The position numbers and the translations under genes were made by a program. From contig ML996687.1 in NCBI GenBank assembly GCA_010356995.1, positions 1,365,803-1,429,802 on the forward strand: DNA of 64,000 bases, in the 5' to 3' direction. This document shows, piece after piece, positions 11,607 to 24,384 of the stretch. The notes below the pieces were generated by a model that worked only from the letters and a program-made list of their open reading frames with translations, did not search any database and was not told where the DNA came from. Source of the DNA: Trichodelitschia bisporula (taxonomy: Eukaryota). Within the stretch, counting starts at the first letter, position 1. Each line of letters starts with the position of its first letter.

Positions 11607-13586
11607 ATGGAAGCGTTCCATGTAAGCGATGCTCAGACGAGCAATGTCGAAGACTTCGCATCTGAAAACCGACCGCGGAAGTCATTCGTGCTCTGTTTCG
11701 ACGGCACGGGGAACGAGTTCTCTGGCACAGATTCAGACTCCAACATCCTTAAGATATTCCGCATGCTGGACCGCAGCGAGGAATCTCAATTCCACTACTA
11801 TCAGCCCGGCATTGGGACATACGTTGAGTGCAGCTCGCTTTCGCATACCGGGAAGATCGAGCAACTGAAGTTATGGTACAAGAAAGCCAAGGACTCGGCC
11901 ATCGGAACATCCTTCGACCACCATGTTATGGGAGGATACAAGTTCCTCATGCGCTACTACAATGTCGGCGACGACATCTACCTCTTCGGCTTCTCGCGGG
12001 GCGCCTATACCGCGCGCTTCCTAGCCGAAATGCTCGACCACGTCGGGCTGCTCTCAGCTGGCAACGAAGAGATGGCACGCTTCGCCTGGAAAGCCTTCCA
12101 GAAATGGCAATGCCGAACGGAGCGCACCGAAAAGGAAAGGGCGCAGAAGAAGTACCTGCTCAACTTCATGTTTGCCTTCCGCGAGACTTTCTCTCGTCCT
12201 GTGCGGAGGATCCGCTTCCTTGGCCTCTTCGACACGGTCAATAGCGTCCCAAAGTTCGAAAACGCCTGGATGCAGCGCTCAAAGTTTCCCTATACGGCTC
12301 GCAGCTCAGCGAAGGTTATCCGCCACGCCGTCTCCATTGACGAGCGCCGCGCCAAGTTCCGCCAGGATCTCATTTCGGAGGTGAAGCGGCACGATCCGAC
12401 AAAGGAGGGGCATCACCATGAAAATAGCGGCCTCGCATCGGAAAAGAAGACCGAAAAGGAGTCCCAGCCACCACGCGGCCGCAAACTCGCCGTCCCCTCA
12501 GCCTTCCGCGACGCAGCTGAGACGGTCGGCATACGCTCCCTGTCGCCCAATCTTTCGCTCTGTGACGAAGACTGTGCCTCATCCATTGCCTCACATGACT
12601 CGATGGCGGCGGTGCAGCGCGCCAAGCGGTCTAACACACATATCTACGGCGACGATCCTCCGAGCGAAGAGCAGGATATTTTGGAAGTGTGGTTTGCGGG
12701 ATGTCATGCGGTAAGTTTGCTCTGAGTACCCAGCAGCAGCCCAGCATGGTAAACGTTTGGGCAATGCTGACCATTTTCTCAGGACATCGGCGGAGGCTGG
12801 ACTCTCGATGTCGCTCGCGGCGAGCGCATTGCCCTCTCACACGTCCCGCTCGTCTGGATGGTACGCGAGGCCATGCATGCGGGCCTGAAATTCGATCCCG
12901 TCAAACTGCGTGCTCTAAACTGCGCACCCGAGGACCAAGACCCGAACATCTTTTCAGCCGACGTCGCAGACGCCGTGGCATTCCGTGAACAGGCACGCGT
13001 CCCCACCATCAACATAGACCCCGGCTCGCCGGAACCGGAGAAGGGCGCCAGGGGGCTCGACGGCACGGTTGAGCCCCAGACGCCTCAGCCACAGGGTCAG
13101 ACAATGCGCTCGCGCTTCCACGATGCCTTACACACCGCTGCTATGACTGGGCGGATCCACGATATGTTGAAGTTCCGGAATGGATCGCCGGTGCCCTCGG
13201 TTATAGCGTGGAATATCATGGAGTATCTGCCGTTCCGGCGGATGGATCTGCAGGAAGATGGGTCGTGGGAGAGTATCACGTGGCCGCTGCCTAAGGGGGA
13301 GGTGCGTGATGTGCCGCTGAATGTGTTGGTGCATGGGAGCGTGATCCGGCGAATGCAGGCGGATGAGAAATACAGGCCTGGGAATTTGATTGTTGGTGGT
13401 GGAGGACGGGGCGTGCGGAAGGCGCCGCCTCATCTTGGGACAGGGAAGTGGAAGATAGTGAGGGAGGAAGGTGATCCGGTTGGCGAGCTTTGGGTCAGAG
13501 ACTGTGAGGGCGACGAGAAAGCGGCAAATGGGGCTAATGGGACGTCGAAAGCGAAGAAGAAGAAGGACAAGAAACATAAGATGTAG
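11607..13586 (+). CDS. DUF2235 / Tle1-like alpha/beta hydrolase (putative phospholipase)
   Basis: Motifs VLCFDGTGN, YYQPGIGT, FGFSRGAYTAR, GLFDTVNSV, HAVSIDERR and EVWFAGCHA|DIGGG across intron 12711-12783. Confidence 0.9.
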
Positions 13587-14191
13587 CTTGTGATGGGAGC
13601 AGAGCTCTAACACAGGAAACGACAACTGTGTAAACTGAAGATTGAAGTGGGAGACTAAGAGAGGAAGAGAGAAAGAGAATCTCGGGTCTTGAATACACCA
13701 TGCCAAGTATCATCCTTTGCTCCTTCCTCCTATCATGCGCTCATTACATCATGACCCTTAGTATGCGCCTTCCTAACATATCAATGCTCCTTCCCTGTCC
13801 ACATCAGGTTGTTTGCTCGGTAGCACTTGAACCGCTCCCACCTATTCCCCAGACTCGCACATACTCATCCTGAGGGAGCAGTAATCGGTCACTTGTATAT
13901 CGATGGATTTTAAAATGTCATGCACCGCATAGCAACTGTTGGCGTAACGATCAAATTGGTAATCTAATTGACGATAAAATCTCTACACCAAATTCAAAGG
14001 ACTAACAGTCTGTAGATGCCCTGAACAAGTATCGAGCCACCGCCCTCAAGATTCACCATATAGATCGCTGTCACTGTCAATGTGCCTCTGGCGCTGGGCC
14101 TGGGCCTGTCGCCGTGTCCGTGTATGCGTCGCTTTGCTACACTGTCAGCATATAAACGTAAATCTCAAATTGCGTCAGGCTCCCTTACCGC

Positions 14192-15134
14192 TTAAACGGC
14201 CCGGCCCTTACCCTTACCCGTGTACGTCGGAGGCTCCACATCCATGTCCGGAGTCTCCGGGTCCGTATCGGTGTCCCCGGTCGGAGTTACAGGACCCTTC
14301 GGAATGAACAAGCTGTCGGGTTCCTCCTCCATCAGGAAATCCATCGCCGCCTGCCCGGTAAGCTTCCCATTCGCATCTTGAGTGCTGTTGCCGGCCTGCC
14401 CATGATGGCGGCTCCCAGCTTGCCCCTGAAGGCAGCTCTCAACCTGCCCCTGACTGACGCCCTGAGCTTTCCACTGGCCGGTCGCCTTGTCCTTCTCCAC
14501 GATCTTGGGAGCCGGCTTGGGACGCATCTTGAAGAGCTCCCACTCGCGCGTGAAATTGATATTGAGCATGGTACAGTCGCGAATGAGGCGCTGGCAGACG
14601 AGAGCAAACACCGCCTTCGGCGTGATGGTTCCGTCAGTATGGATGCGGATACGCAGGGCCTCCTTCTGCGGATTCGGCATGGTGTACGCAGCGAAGGTGA
14701 CAGCCGGGTGCTTGTTGAGGTGGCAAGTGATCAGGTTGCCGAGCGTGTGGTCCTCGCCGCCGAGATCGATGAAAGCCCCATTTTTCATCCCTGGGGGGAG
14801 AGTTAGCGGCAGACCAGAGAGACGGAGAGGGGGAGGTACCTGGAATACGCTCGTAGGAGACTTTGGCGACCGGAGTCAGGACCCGGACATTGTCGTCGAC
14901 GGGATCATCGGGGAGGATGTCGTTGGGATTGAACTCCGGGACTTTCGCATTCGCGGGAGACATCTTCTTCTTCATGCCTTCGGTCTCCTTGTCTACGTTC
15001 TCCACGTCAGGTGTCTCCGTGACTCGAGGGTACCACCGCGTGAATGGAAGCACTGGCGATAGGCCTGGGGTCATGCAGGAATCTTCGTAAAGTGCCTCAT
15101 CCGTGGTGAGATCCACCAAAGAGCGCTCATTCAT
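14192..15134 (-). CDS. Divergent RPB11/AC19-family (RNA polymerase alpha-like subunit) protein with N- and C-terminal extensions, ~297 aa
   Basis: Intron 14839-14791 joins MNERS... to GMKNGAFIDLGGEDHTLGNLI...TFAAYTMPNP...IRIHTDGTITPK...FTREWEL, the RPB11 core signature. Confidence 0.8.
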
Positions 15135-16066
15135 GGCGAAAGGGCCCAACAAACAAATGAGTTGAAGATACAGGGCGTAAAAGAAACTGTGGGATGTACG
15201 AAATGTAGTAGAACTTACGAAATGTGGGGGTGCCGGAAACTGTGGAAGAAGGCATGTTGTTGAAAAATGAAGTGTACAGAAACAGAAAAATGTACGTCTT
15301 TCTGGAAGAAGAAGCGAAGCGGGCCAGAAAGTCGTTGTTATGGAAGACTCCAAAAGTGTACCGTTATGGAAGGTACCCCTGAGCTACGGCAATGCATTGT
15401 TGGTGAAGCGGCAGGGTCGCACCTTCCACTTTGGAAATGTCCGTTTGCCCACAGAGTATCTCCTTGGCCAAATGTACGGTTCACGTCTGATCAGAGCTTC
15501 GTGCTTGTCTCCTCATGTTTGATGTGTTCAGTTGCCTTCGGTATCAAGGTTCCAGTCGGGCATCTCAGTGCACACAAGCTCTGGCTGTGAAGGTGATTCA
15601 CCTGGCTCGGGGGATACATCTTCAAGACATAGTTCTCTGAGTTGCAAAGCCTCCTGATTTGAGCACTCGGCGCTCACTACTCAGCATGAGGATTGGAGGA
15701 AGCGTCTAATGTGGTGTTCGTGAAATAGCTGGCCCAAATTGAAGGGCCAAAAAAGTCCACAGGTTGCACCTAGGAAGAGAAAAGAACTGCATTTGATATG
15801 CCCTGCCCGTGGTCAGCTCAAGGTAAGACAGCATAAAAATGAGCAAAAGAGACGCTGAGGATTGCTTGCTTAACAACTTCACTGGATACGGCTTCATCCC
15901 CTTGGATATATTCTCTCAGTCTCTCTTTCACCGTTGTGACCCCATCTCGTGCCAGCAAAAAAATAGAATCGCCGGAAGCGTGAGCACCGCGGTGAATGCC
16001 ATGCAGTCTAGAACTAGTACCATGCTCCGTCCGCAGGAAGAGCAAAAAGAACGTCACCGTCAGCAT

Positions 16067-16158
16067 TTCCGATACCGGGAATCGAACCCGGGCCTACCCG
16101 GCGCCGAAGCTAACTCCACTATGAGAGCGGGTGATCCTAACCACTAGACCATATCGGA
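16067..16158 (-). tRNA. tRNA-Glu (anticodon CTC) with ~20-nt intron
   Basis: TCCGATA/TATCGGA acceptor stem, TGGTCTAGTGG A box, ACCCG-CTCTCA-[intron]-CCGGGT anticodon arm, GGTTCGATTCC B box; T5 Pol III terminator at ~16044-16048. Confidence 0.95.
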
Positions 16159-16849
16159 TTCTTGACGATGTAGAATTTTGGTGGTGGTCAAGTAGTTATG
16201 TGGGAGCTCCGAGGCCTAATGAGATGCCTGGTGTGCCTAGGGGCCTGTTTGCAACTGGACGTCACTGCCGCTTTCCTCCCTACCCACCCTCCACATGACA
16301 TCCTAGCAAGATTTAATTCATTGCAATATTGTCTTTCATCTGTCATCCCTCGTCTTTTAGTTCTAATGGAGATGATGTTGATCCTCACGGGAAAAGATGG
16401 TGCTAAGTCCCATCGCGCAATAGCTGCTCCGCACAGCTCAAGTCGATCCGCATGCCAGTCAGCCTTAGAGCACTCCAATCCATCATTCAGTTTGTATACA
16501 CGAGCCGACCCGACTCGCTCGATCTCGGCTTTTCAGAACCCAAGATGGAGCCCTTCCAACTGCCGCAGCAGGTTCCTAGCCATCCACATCTTGAGATGGT
16601 TTCCCGCAATTAAAGCTCAACCGGCGTGCCTCGGGCTGTGAGGAGATTCTATCTTCTCAGTCACAGTTCCTTCCAAGGAGGCAAGGCTGAAGCTCAGACG
16701 GAACCAGGGCTGATAAAAAAGGTTATAGCACCCCCCAAAAAAGGCTGCAGCCGGCTTTTGCTAAGACTTTTGCCGAGTAAGAGGTAAAGACTTTCAAGGG
16801 GCTTGCTATCACTTTTTGCCTCAGCCCTTGGGAGGTATCTACGGACACA

Positions 16850-18100
16850 ACCTTCTGCCCGATCGCACCTTCCATTCCAGACATTCTTTCCATCGTCGTC
16901 CACCAAAATCGATGACTGTAACAAACGAAACGCCTTGGCATTCACAATAGGCACATTGAGTCACCGACCTTCTCCGCTCCCCCTCCTCCTCCTCTTCCTC
17001 ACAGCACCCACACCATCCACCATCATTATCATCCACTCCTTCTCTGCTTCTTCTCCCCAGTTCTTGAGAAGCTGCTATGAGTAACCATACTAGCACTGCT
17101 CTCAGCGTCGTATCAAGCAGCACAAGCGCGTGAGCAGCAGCGTCAGGGACATCGTCAAGACTCTGGCCACCATCATCACGTTTCGAGCACCTACCAGCCT
17201 GGTGGCTCCGGCAGCAACAAATGCACTTAGCAGCCAAACCCCGGCGCCTCGATTCAGACTTCCACTCAGACTAAGCCGCCGTGGTGCTGTCCTCCTATAT
17301 ACCGAGTATACGACAACTTCGCCGCCCTCTCCGCCGCTACGCCGAACGCTGCAATGAAGCCCTTCAAGACACCAGGACGCAACCCGCATCACAATGCCTC
17401 AGCCGCGCTGTGCGATCAGGACTCCGACGAGTTTCTGGGCCTCAACGCCTTGGAGGAAATGGATGACGGCGCCGAGAACGCCTCGGCCACCTCCACGCCT
17501 ATCACCCCAACTGCCATTACCAACCCGCCACGGAGAGAATATACATCCGATCTATTCTATACCCCGGCACAGGCAAAGGAGACTCTCAAGTGCACCTCGC
17601 GGGCCCCTCGGAGCCCGTCGCCTATGTCCGGCAAGGACAAAGGCCACCGAATATCTAATATACTAAAGAGCGATGTCCGCTTCTACCTCTGCCTCCGTCC
17701 GGATCGTCCAGGACATACAGGCCGAAAACTCTCTTCTTCAGACCCAGATCAAAGAACTCAACCAAGCCATCTCAGGGCGGGCCTTGATCTCATCATGGCG
17801 TACTTCTTCTTCTCCTCTTTCAACTCAGCCGAGCTCGCGCTCGCTATATACTCGTACGAGTAAGTACCCCCACACCGCCGAAGCAGGGACTAACGTGCTA
17901 GATCCAGTCCCATCGCGCATGGCATGAATACCACGGGCGCTACGCCGTGAGTTCGAAGAGCAAAAGGACCTTCCTGCATATATACACGGCAAGCACTACC
18001 CTAAGCGGATGTACCTTGTCAAAGCGTGGACTTCTCGCATTCGGCACCTCGGTAACTCGACGACGTCACCCCTTGAAGAGGTCACGTCTGTGCTGCTGGG
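16850..18100 (+). mobile_element. Degenerate Mutator-like (MULE) transposase relic
   Basis: YLVKAWTSRIRHLGNSTTSPLE at ~18010-18080 resembles the fungal MULE motif FVxAW...HFGNxTTSRxE; surrounding frames are broken and boundaries are approximate. Confidence 0.5.
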
Positions 18101-18852
18101 GCGGCGAGCGGCCGCGCTATATAGCTGGGATGTGTGTGCCGCCTGGTGCGGGGTGATATCTTCGGTCCGTTATAGACTTGGGCCGCAGGGGATATATAGG
18201 AGAGGAATAGCCGTCGCACTTGGGAGTCCAGCACGCGCGATGGCGAGCAAGGAGACCGGGCGGGACTATCAGTACCGACGGGGCGACGCCTCCTCTTCGA
18301 CTCCTATGCAACACCACATCGACGACATGGATGTCGCCGGTGTGTCGCGGAACTGCATTATCGATTATAGCCGTTTGCGGTACACGAATTCAATCAATAT
18401 TGCGGACGACGAGGCCGCGGCGGAGGACGAAAGGGTGCGATATAGGACTAATGGGGGTGCCTCGCTCGGTCAACCGTCCCATCTTCAGCGTGAGGATGAT
18501 GTATGGAGGCGATGGAAGGATGAGATCTCTCTCACTCTTATACTCTAGAATCGAATTCACATTCTCTTGATGCGTGTTCACCGTGATACGGTTGTCTCGC
18601 TCGAGCATCCACATTTCTTAGTCTGTTCGACTGGAGCTTCACTTCTCTGCTTGCTTAGTATTCTCGACAGAGCTACTCCGCTCTGATCTCTTAATCTGCT
18701 CGGCTTGAGCTTCAACTCTCTACTAGGGATGGAATGCTTGATGGCCGAGGGATGGGAGTATATAACAGCCAGCACGTCCGGGGCTCAGAAGCGCAAGGCG
18801 ACCGCCGTAGAAAAGGAAGCGCACGGGGGAGAAAAAGAAGTATATAAGAATT

Positions 18853-18990
18853 TAATCCTGTGAGAACGCTGGTGTGAGACTTCTTGCACCGCCAGAATAT
18901 CGATTGTACTGTTGTTGATGTAGACTGAAGAGCAAATCGTATCATCACCTCCAAGATCAGTCTCGCGTGTGGGTATACATCCAATCCGTC
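18853..18990 (-). repeat. Dispersed repeat copy A (~80% identical to 29436-29572)
   Basis: Manual alignment shares TGCTCTTCAGTCTACA, GTACAATCGA and TTCTCACAGGAT blocks; about 103/129 identities. Confidence 0.85.
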
Positions 18991-20048
18991 GGTGCAGCTT
19001 GTGAAGGCGGAGGATAAGTCGAATGACCGGACCGCATGGAAGCGCCGGTAGAGGGACGTTCCATAAGCGGGATGCAGTGGAACAGGTTCGCGAAGGACGA
19101 GGGCGATTCGCCGTAAACCAAGGACAGAACAAGCTCGTCAGGAGAAACCAGAAAGCCGTAATTCATTCCCACACCACACAACCCACGCACCCGTGATTCC
19201 CATCCTACATAGAGTACAACCAGCGATACACCACACAAATCGAATTACCAAAGAAAAAGCCCAATCCCTTCCGTCCCCTTCCCACGAAGCAAGGTCCATG
19301 AAAGCAAGGAAACATCACGCCCCCGAGCTATCATACAAGGCCATCGCCGAACATAAGGCCATCGCCAAACGCAAGCAAGGCAGCCGCCGAACGTAGCAGA
19401 AACCGTCCCGCGGCGAAAACCGCGGCGGAAGGAAGGGGAAACGGTACTCATACATCGGCCGTGAAATCAGCGTCGTAATAGATAGTGCCAAAAAAAAGGA
19501 GCATAAATGGGAACAGAAAAGTGAAAAATCCGCTGGAGCGGGCCCCATCTGCGCGGCGCGAGCGGCAGAGTGTAGGGGCGAATTGTGTATATATGCGACG
19601 GAGAAGGCCGAAGCCGAAGCCGGGTAGTCCGATTGCTGAATGCTGCGAGAAGAAGCTATGGAGGTAGGGTACTGAGGAGGCGTGTGCGCGACAATCAAGC
19701 TTAGGAGCTATCGAGGACCGGCCGGGGAGTATAGACGCCAATGTAGGTAATCGAAGACATGCCAGACAGCGATCGGAACATCTCAGACAGCTACTTAAAG
19801 CCATCGGAGAGTAACGAAAGCCGTCCCAGACAATTAACAATCGCCAGCCAGCATCGAATCCCCGGCCCACCCCGACGGCCACCGATCAGCACCAATCGCC
19901 ATGCCGACGCCAAAAGCCAGCAACGAGCATGATCGCAACAGAAAGCCCGAGCCGTGCAGAGCTACCAAAAGCCAGCACAGCCCAGCAATCCAGTCGCCAT
20001 CAACACCCATAGCAAGCCCACTCGTCCCACCACTTATCCCCACGCACC

Positions 20049-21614
20049 CTAAACAAACAACACCACCTCTCCCGTCTCATTCCTCCGCACTCGCAACGCC
20101 CTCCACAACTCCTTCTCCTCCTCCCCCGCCTTCCGTCCACTGCCCGTCCGATCCCGTCTCCACCGCTTAAGCGCCTTATTCACACTCAACCCGCGCTCCG
20201 AGTCCGGGCCCTTGGTGATGTAGGCAAGGAACATTTCCGCCGCCGCCTTCTCAGGCTGCGACGCGCTGCTCTCGCCGCTCGAAAGGGCCATAGTCGCAGC
20301 GCGCGGCCGGACGATCATGGCACCTGATTCAGTGGGCGATGGCGTGTCGGGGTGGTACTCGATAGCCTTGAGACGGGGAGCCTCGCGGCCCTTGTCGGAC
20401 GTGCCGCTGATGGTGCGGCGGCGTTCCCAGCGGCCAGGCACACTATGGCGGGAGTCGCTCTCGCGGCGGGAGCGCTTCTCGACTTCCAGCTTCTTGTCCT
20501 TGGTCTTCTCCTTGGTCTTCTCCTTCTCTTTCTCCTTCTTGTCCTCCTTCTTATCCTTGGATTTGCTCGACTTGTCCTTCTTCTTGTCCTTGGGCTTGCT
20601 CTTATCCTTCTCCTTCTCGCCGCGCTTGCTCCGGCTCTTCTCCCGCCCGCGCCGCTCCTCCTCGCCATGGTGCTGCTTCGGCTTCTTGATCGGACTCAGC
20701 AGATCCATATCGCGGTCTGCGCCATCCCCGCCTGAGTAGTCCGGGCTCGGCGGCAACTCTTGCCGCGACAGGAGACGATTCATTCCGCCAGTGAGCCCTG
20801 AGTGCGGCAAGCTGGGCACATCCGTCATGACGACATCACCGCCATACGCACGGGCACCCGCAACGTCCAGATCCGCAACCTCGCCGCGCTTGCGCTTCTT
20901 CTTCGCCGTGCTATCCTGGCTAATCGTACGCATATGGCCCAGATGCGGCCGCGGCGCAGGCGTCTGGTATGCCTTGCCATCGCCACCGTTGGTGTCAGCG
21001 GGGGAATCGGGCAGCCGATACGCGTCGATGTTCGGATACGCGGGGTAATAGCCGGGCGTGTCGTCGTCGCGGTCCATTTCGTCCACCTCGGGCGCGGGGA
21101 GCATGCGATCGTCCACCGCGCTCGCATCGTCGACCATGAACTGGAACACGTTGACCATTGGGGGCGGGCTGGGCGCCGGCGGCGGAGCATCAACGATTGC
21201 GACGCGGTCCTCGGGCTTCTTGTCCTGCGCAGCATCGCGAGGGACGAGCGCGGTCGACGTATTCACGGGCGGGGGCCGCTTCTTGTTCTTCGGGTCCTTG
21301 TACAGCGCGCCCTGGTACTTTTGCGCTTCGGAGACACAGCTCTGTGGGTTGGGTCAGGGGTGCGCTTCGCGTAAGGGGTTACGGGCCGTACGGTGTGCGC
21401 GCGGTACTCGACGCCGCGGAAGTGCACCATGCAGTCCAGGCAGGTGAATTCGGCGCCATAGCAGTGATTCTTGTGGGAGTCGAGTTTCTTCTTGGTGAGA
21501 ACGTCACCGCAGCCCTGTGGGTTGGGGGAGAAGTGGTTAGCGAGTCGATCGGCGTAAAAGTAAACAACACAGATTTGGCTGGGAAAAGCTCACCTCGCAC
21601 GAGAAGGAGACCAT
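20049..21614 (-). CDS. LYAR-type C2HC zinc finger nucleolar protein
   Basis: MVSFSCE|GCGDVLTKKKLDSHKNHC..FTCLDC..F...YRAHT|SCVSEAQKYQGALY across two introns; Lys-rich middle region; C-terminal KALKR..EKELW. Confidence 0.9.
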
Positions 21615-23297
21615 GATTGCAGGTCTCTCGTCGCGCTCGACGAGCGGATATTGGGCGAGAGAGTTAGTAGCGCGCACAAACAATAGGAATGCGAGAAAGA
21701 GTTCGCGCCAGAGTCTGGGTGGGGGTGAGGTTGTTAAGGAGGTGGTTTGGTGGGCTTGCGTTTGAAATTGACAAGACACACGGGCCCCCTTGGCCCCTTG
21801 TTCGCTGGGCGAGTCATGCACCACCAGACGCTTGTGTGTTAGCGCCCGCGAACCAACACCTAAGAATATCGCCTGAGGCGCCTATAAGAGGGCGAAGAGG
21901 GGGAAGAAGAGGGGAAGGATGCGGGCTGATGATAGTTCCATCTCCTCCATGGCGCCAGCTAGAAAGAGGCGCGCTGTAAGGCGCAAGGCACACGATGGCA
22001 ATAAGGTTAACAAGGCCCCCCCCCCAGCTTGGATCAGATTTGGTTCGTCTTATCAGCTCTCACTCACTGCCCGATATGGACATCATCATGCGTCTCGTGC
22101 CTTGAGTCCCTTGCCCATCAATAGAACATTAACGGGTCAGCATCCAACCAACGGCCCCCTCTTTACGCTGCTGGTGGCGCTTTCACCACTCTCATCCCGC
22201 TGATAATCCGTAACCGCTGCGGCGAGTGTTTGGGACACAGTGGGACGGCACGGGCGAGATAGTGAATGAAGGCACGCCATCACACATATCACACACGGGC
22301 GCGCTCAATTAGCCTTTGCATGTCCGCAGCAACCGAGTACAGCGGAGGCGTGTTGGAATCCTGGGGGAGCCAATTGGGCCCGCGATATGACGCCAGAAGT
22401 GCCTTGAAACGTTTAACGTGAGACGGGGGGCGTCGTGAACGCGCGTGGGGCCAGCGTAGGGCGGAGGGTTTCTCATATATCTCGCGTGTTCCTTTCACCT
22501 TCTAGTCAGGTTACTGTCATTAGCTTTATAGTCTGCTATACGATGGGTGTTGAATATCAGGTGGCGATGTCCGTTTTTCTTTGCTTCTTTCTGTGAGAAG
22601 GGACGACGAGTCGAGTGTTGTTGCACTGCCGTTTCACCAGCACCCTCTTCTCTCTCCATGGCGAAACCTGTAAGAGAGAAGCGAGCCACATGTTGGATGT
22701 CTGTAATTCGCCGACGGCAGGTTTATTTTCCTTCTGCCTCCGTTTCATCCTTGTTCGTCTATCATGCCAGAGACATCTACTCTGCTTGCAACCCCAACCG
22801 AGTCCAACACCAACACCAGCTGATCTCGGGTCGACCGCTTTCAGGTCGAGGGGCTGTGCTTACTCCGAGTATCCCGGTCGGTTTGCTTGATGTTGGTCTT
22901 CTGGATCATCGATAACCAAGTGGACGTCATCGGTGCCGGCCAGGTTAACCCGGTTTGGCAATCGTCGTGCAAGTCGATCTCCGTGCCCAACAGCAGATCT
23001 GGTCCCTATCCAGTTCGTCTATGCTGGGCGCACTCATTGCCGGGGCCGAAGGACGATTACTCCGCACTCGACCTCAATGCACACAGATGTCCAGTCGAAG
23101 TACAGTGAGAATGAAGTTGTTACCAGGACCCGCTTCCTTTAATAGAAGTGTAATACTGTAAACATTAGACACTCGGTCTATTCGCACCAAATAGCCCCAG
23201 CAGCGACAACAAGCTCCCGCAACAAGTCGCCTACGTAGCATGCATTCTACCCAAATCGTAATGCCACGCCAACGAACCGAACGCCATGCTAACAATC

Positions 23298-24384
23298 CTA
23301 CGCCGATACCGAGGCCTTCCGCCGCTCGTCCTGCCAAATCTTCTCCTCGTGCGCAAGCGACCTCTTAACCCACGGAAACGTTATCAACGTCCATACTGCT
23401 CCCCAAGCAAAGGGTAACGTCCAGCCAATCTGACTCGTTAGCCTCGTCCACCAACAACAATCCAACAGGAACACTTACCACATAGGCCGTATTCCGTTCA
23501 GTCGTAAAGATGATGGCCGTCGTCGCACTCGCCGCCGCCAGCGCCCCAAAGGCCCAGAACAGCGTCAGGCGATGCAGCATCTGGCGGAAGTAGTGGCTGG
23601 CTTGGTATCGCAGGTTAAGGCGCTGACGGAACTCGGTTCCGCCACTTCCGTCCACGGCCACCACATCCTCGATGATACTGTAAATGCCGGGGCGCAGTGG
23701 GGATCCGCGCGGCAGGGAGGAAATCCGGACGGGTGCGCGAACGCCCGCGAAACGCAGGATGTCGATTATAAGCATTTGCACGCCGAAGGCGAAGAGCATG
23801 CTAGGTGCGGGCATGGCTAGGAGGCGGATTGGCGGCTCGTGGGGGACGGTGCCGACGATGAGCTCGACCATGACGGCGATCCAGGCGATGGAGAGGTTCC
23901 AGTGGAAGAAGTCGAGCTACGAGATCAGCTTTGTCTTTTGAAGATGAAGTGAACTGCCTACATAGTATCGCCGCGCGCCAATTACACGACACGAAGAATT
24001 GCGCCGCCAAAGTCGGCGGAAGCGGATGAAGTATTCGAAGATGGAGACGCTGCCGAGCGCGCCCGTGCTGATGCTGAAGACGGCATTGTGTGAGAGGCTT
24101 GTCCCGTACCACAGCGCGAAATAGAGGGCGATGGGGACGAAGATGCAGTCGATGACGATCAGGGACCAGAAGATGGCGATGCTCTTTTTACGCGTTCGCA
24201 GGCTGTAGTTGAGCGGCGGAGGATGCTCGAAGCTGGGGTCTGCATAGAGCACTTGGGTCGCGGGAAAGCGTGCGGCAGGATGGGTTTCCTCGAGCTGGCG
24301 TTGCTGCTCTGCAGTGGCTTCTTTTTGGGCTTTCTCCTCCTTCTTGCGCTCAACCTGGCTTTTGGATTTGAAAAGGGAAACCAT
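23298..24384 (-). CDS. Conserved fungal multi-pass membrane protein, unknown function
   Basis: Three exons with several hydrophobic helices (LNYSLRTRKKSIAIFW..., EDVVAVDGSGG.EFR..L..RY.AS); ends ...KASVSA*. Confidence 0.8.
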
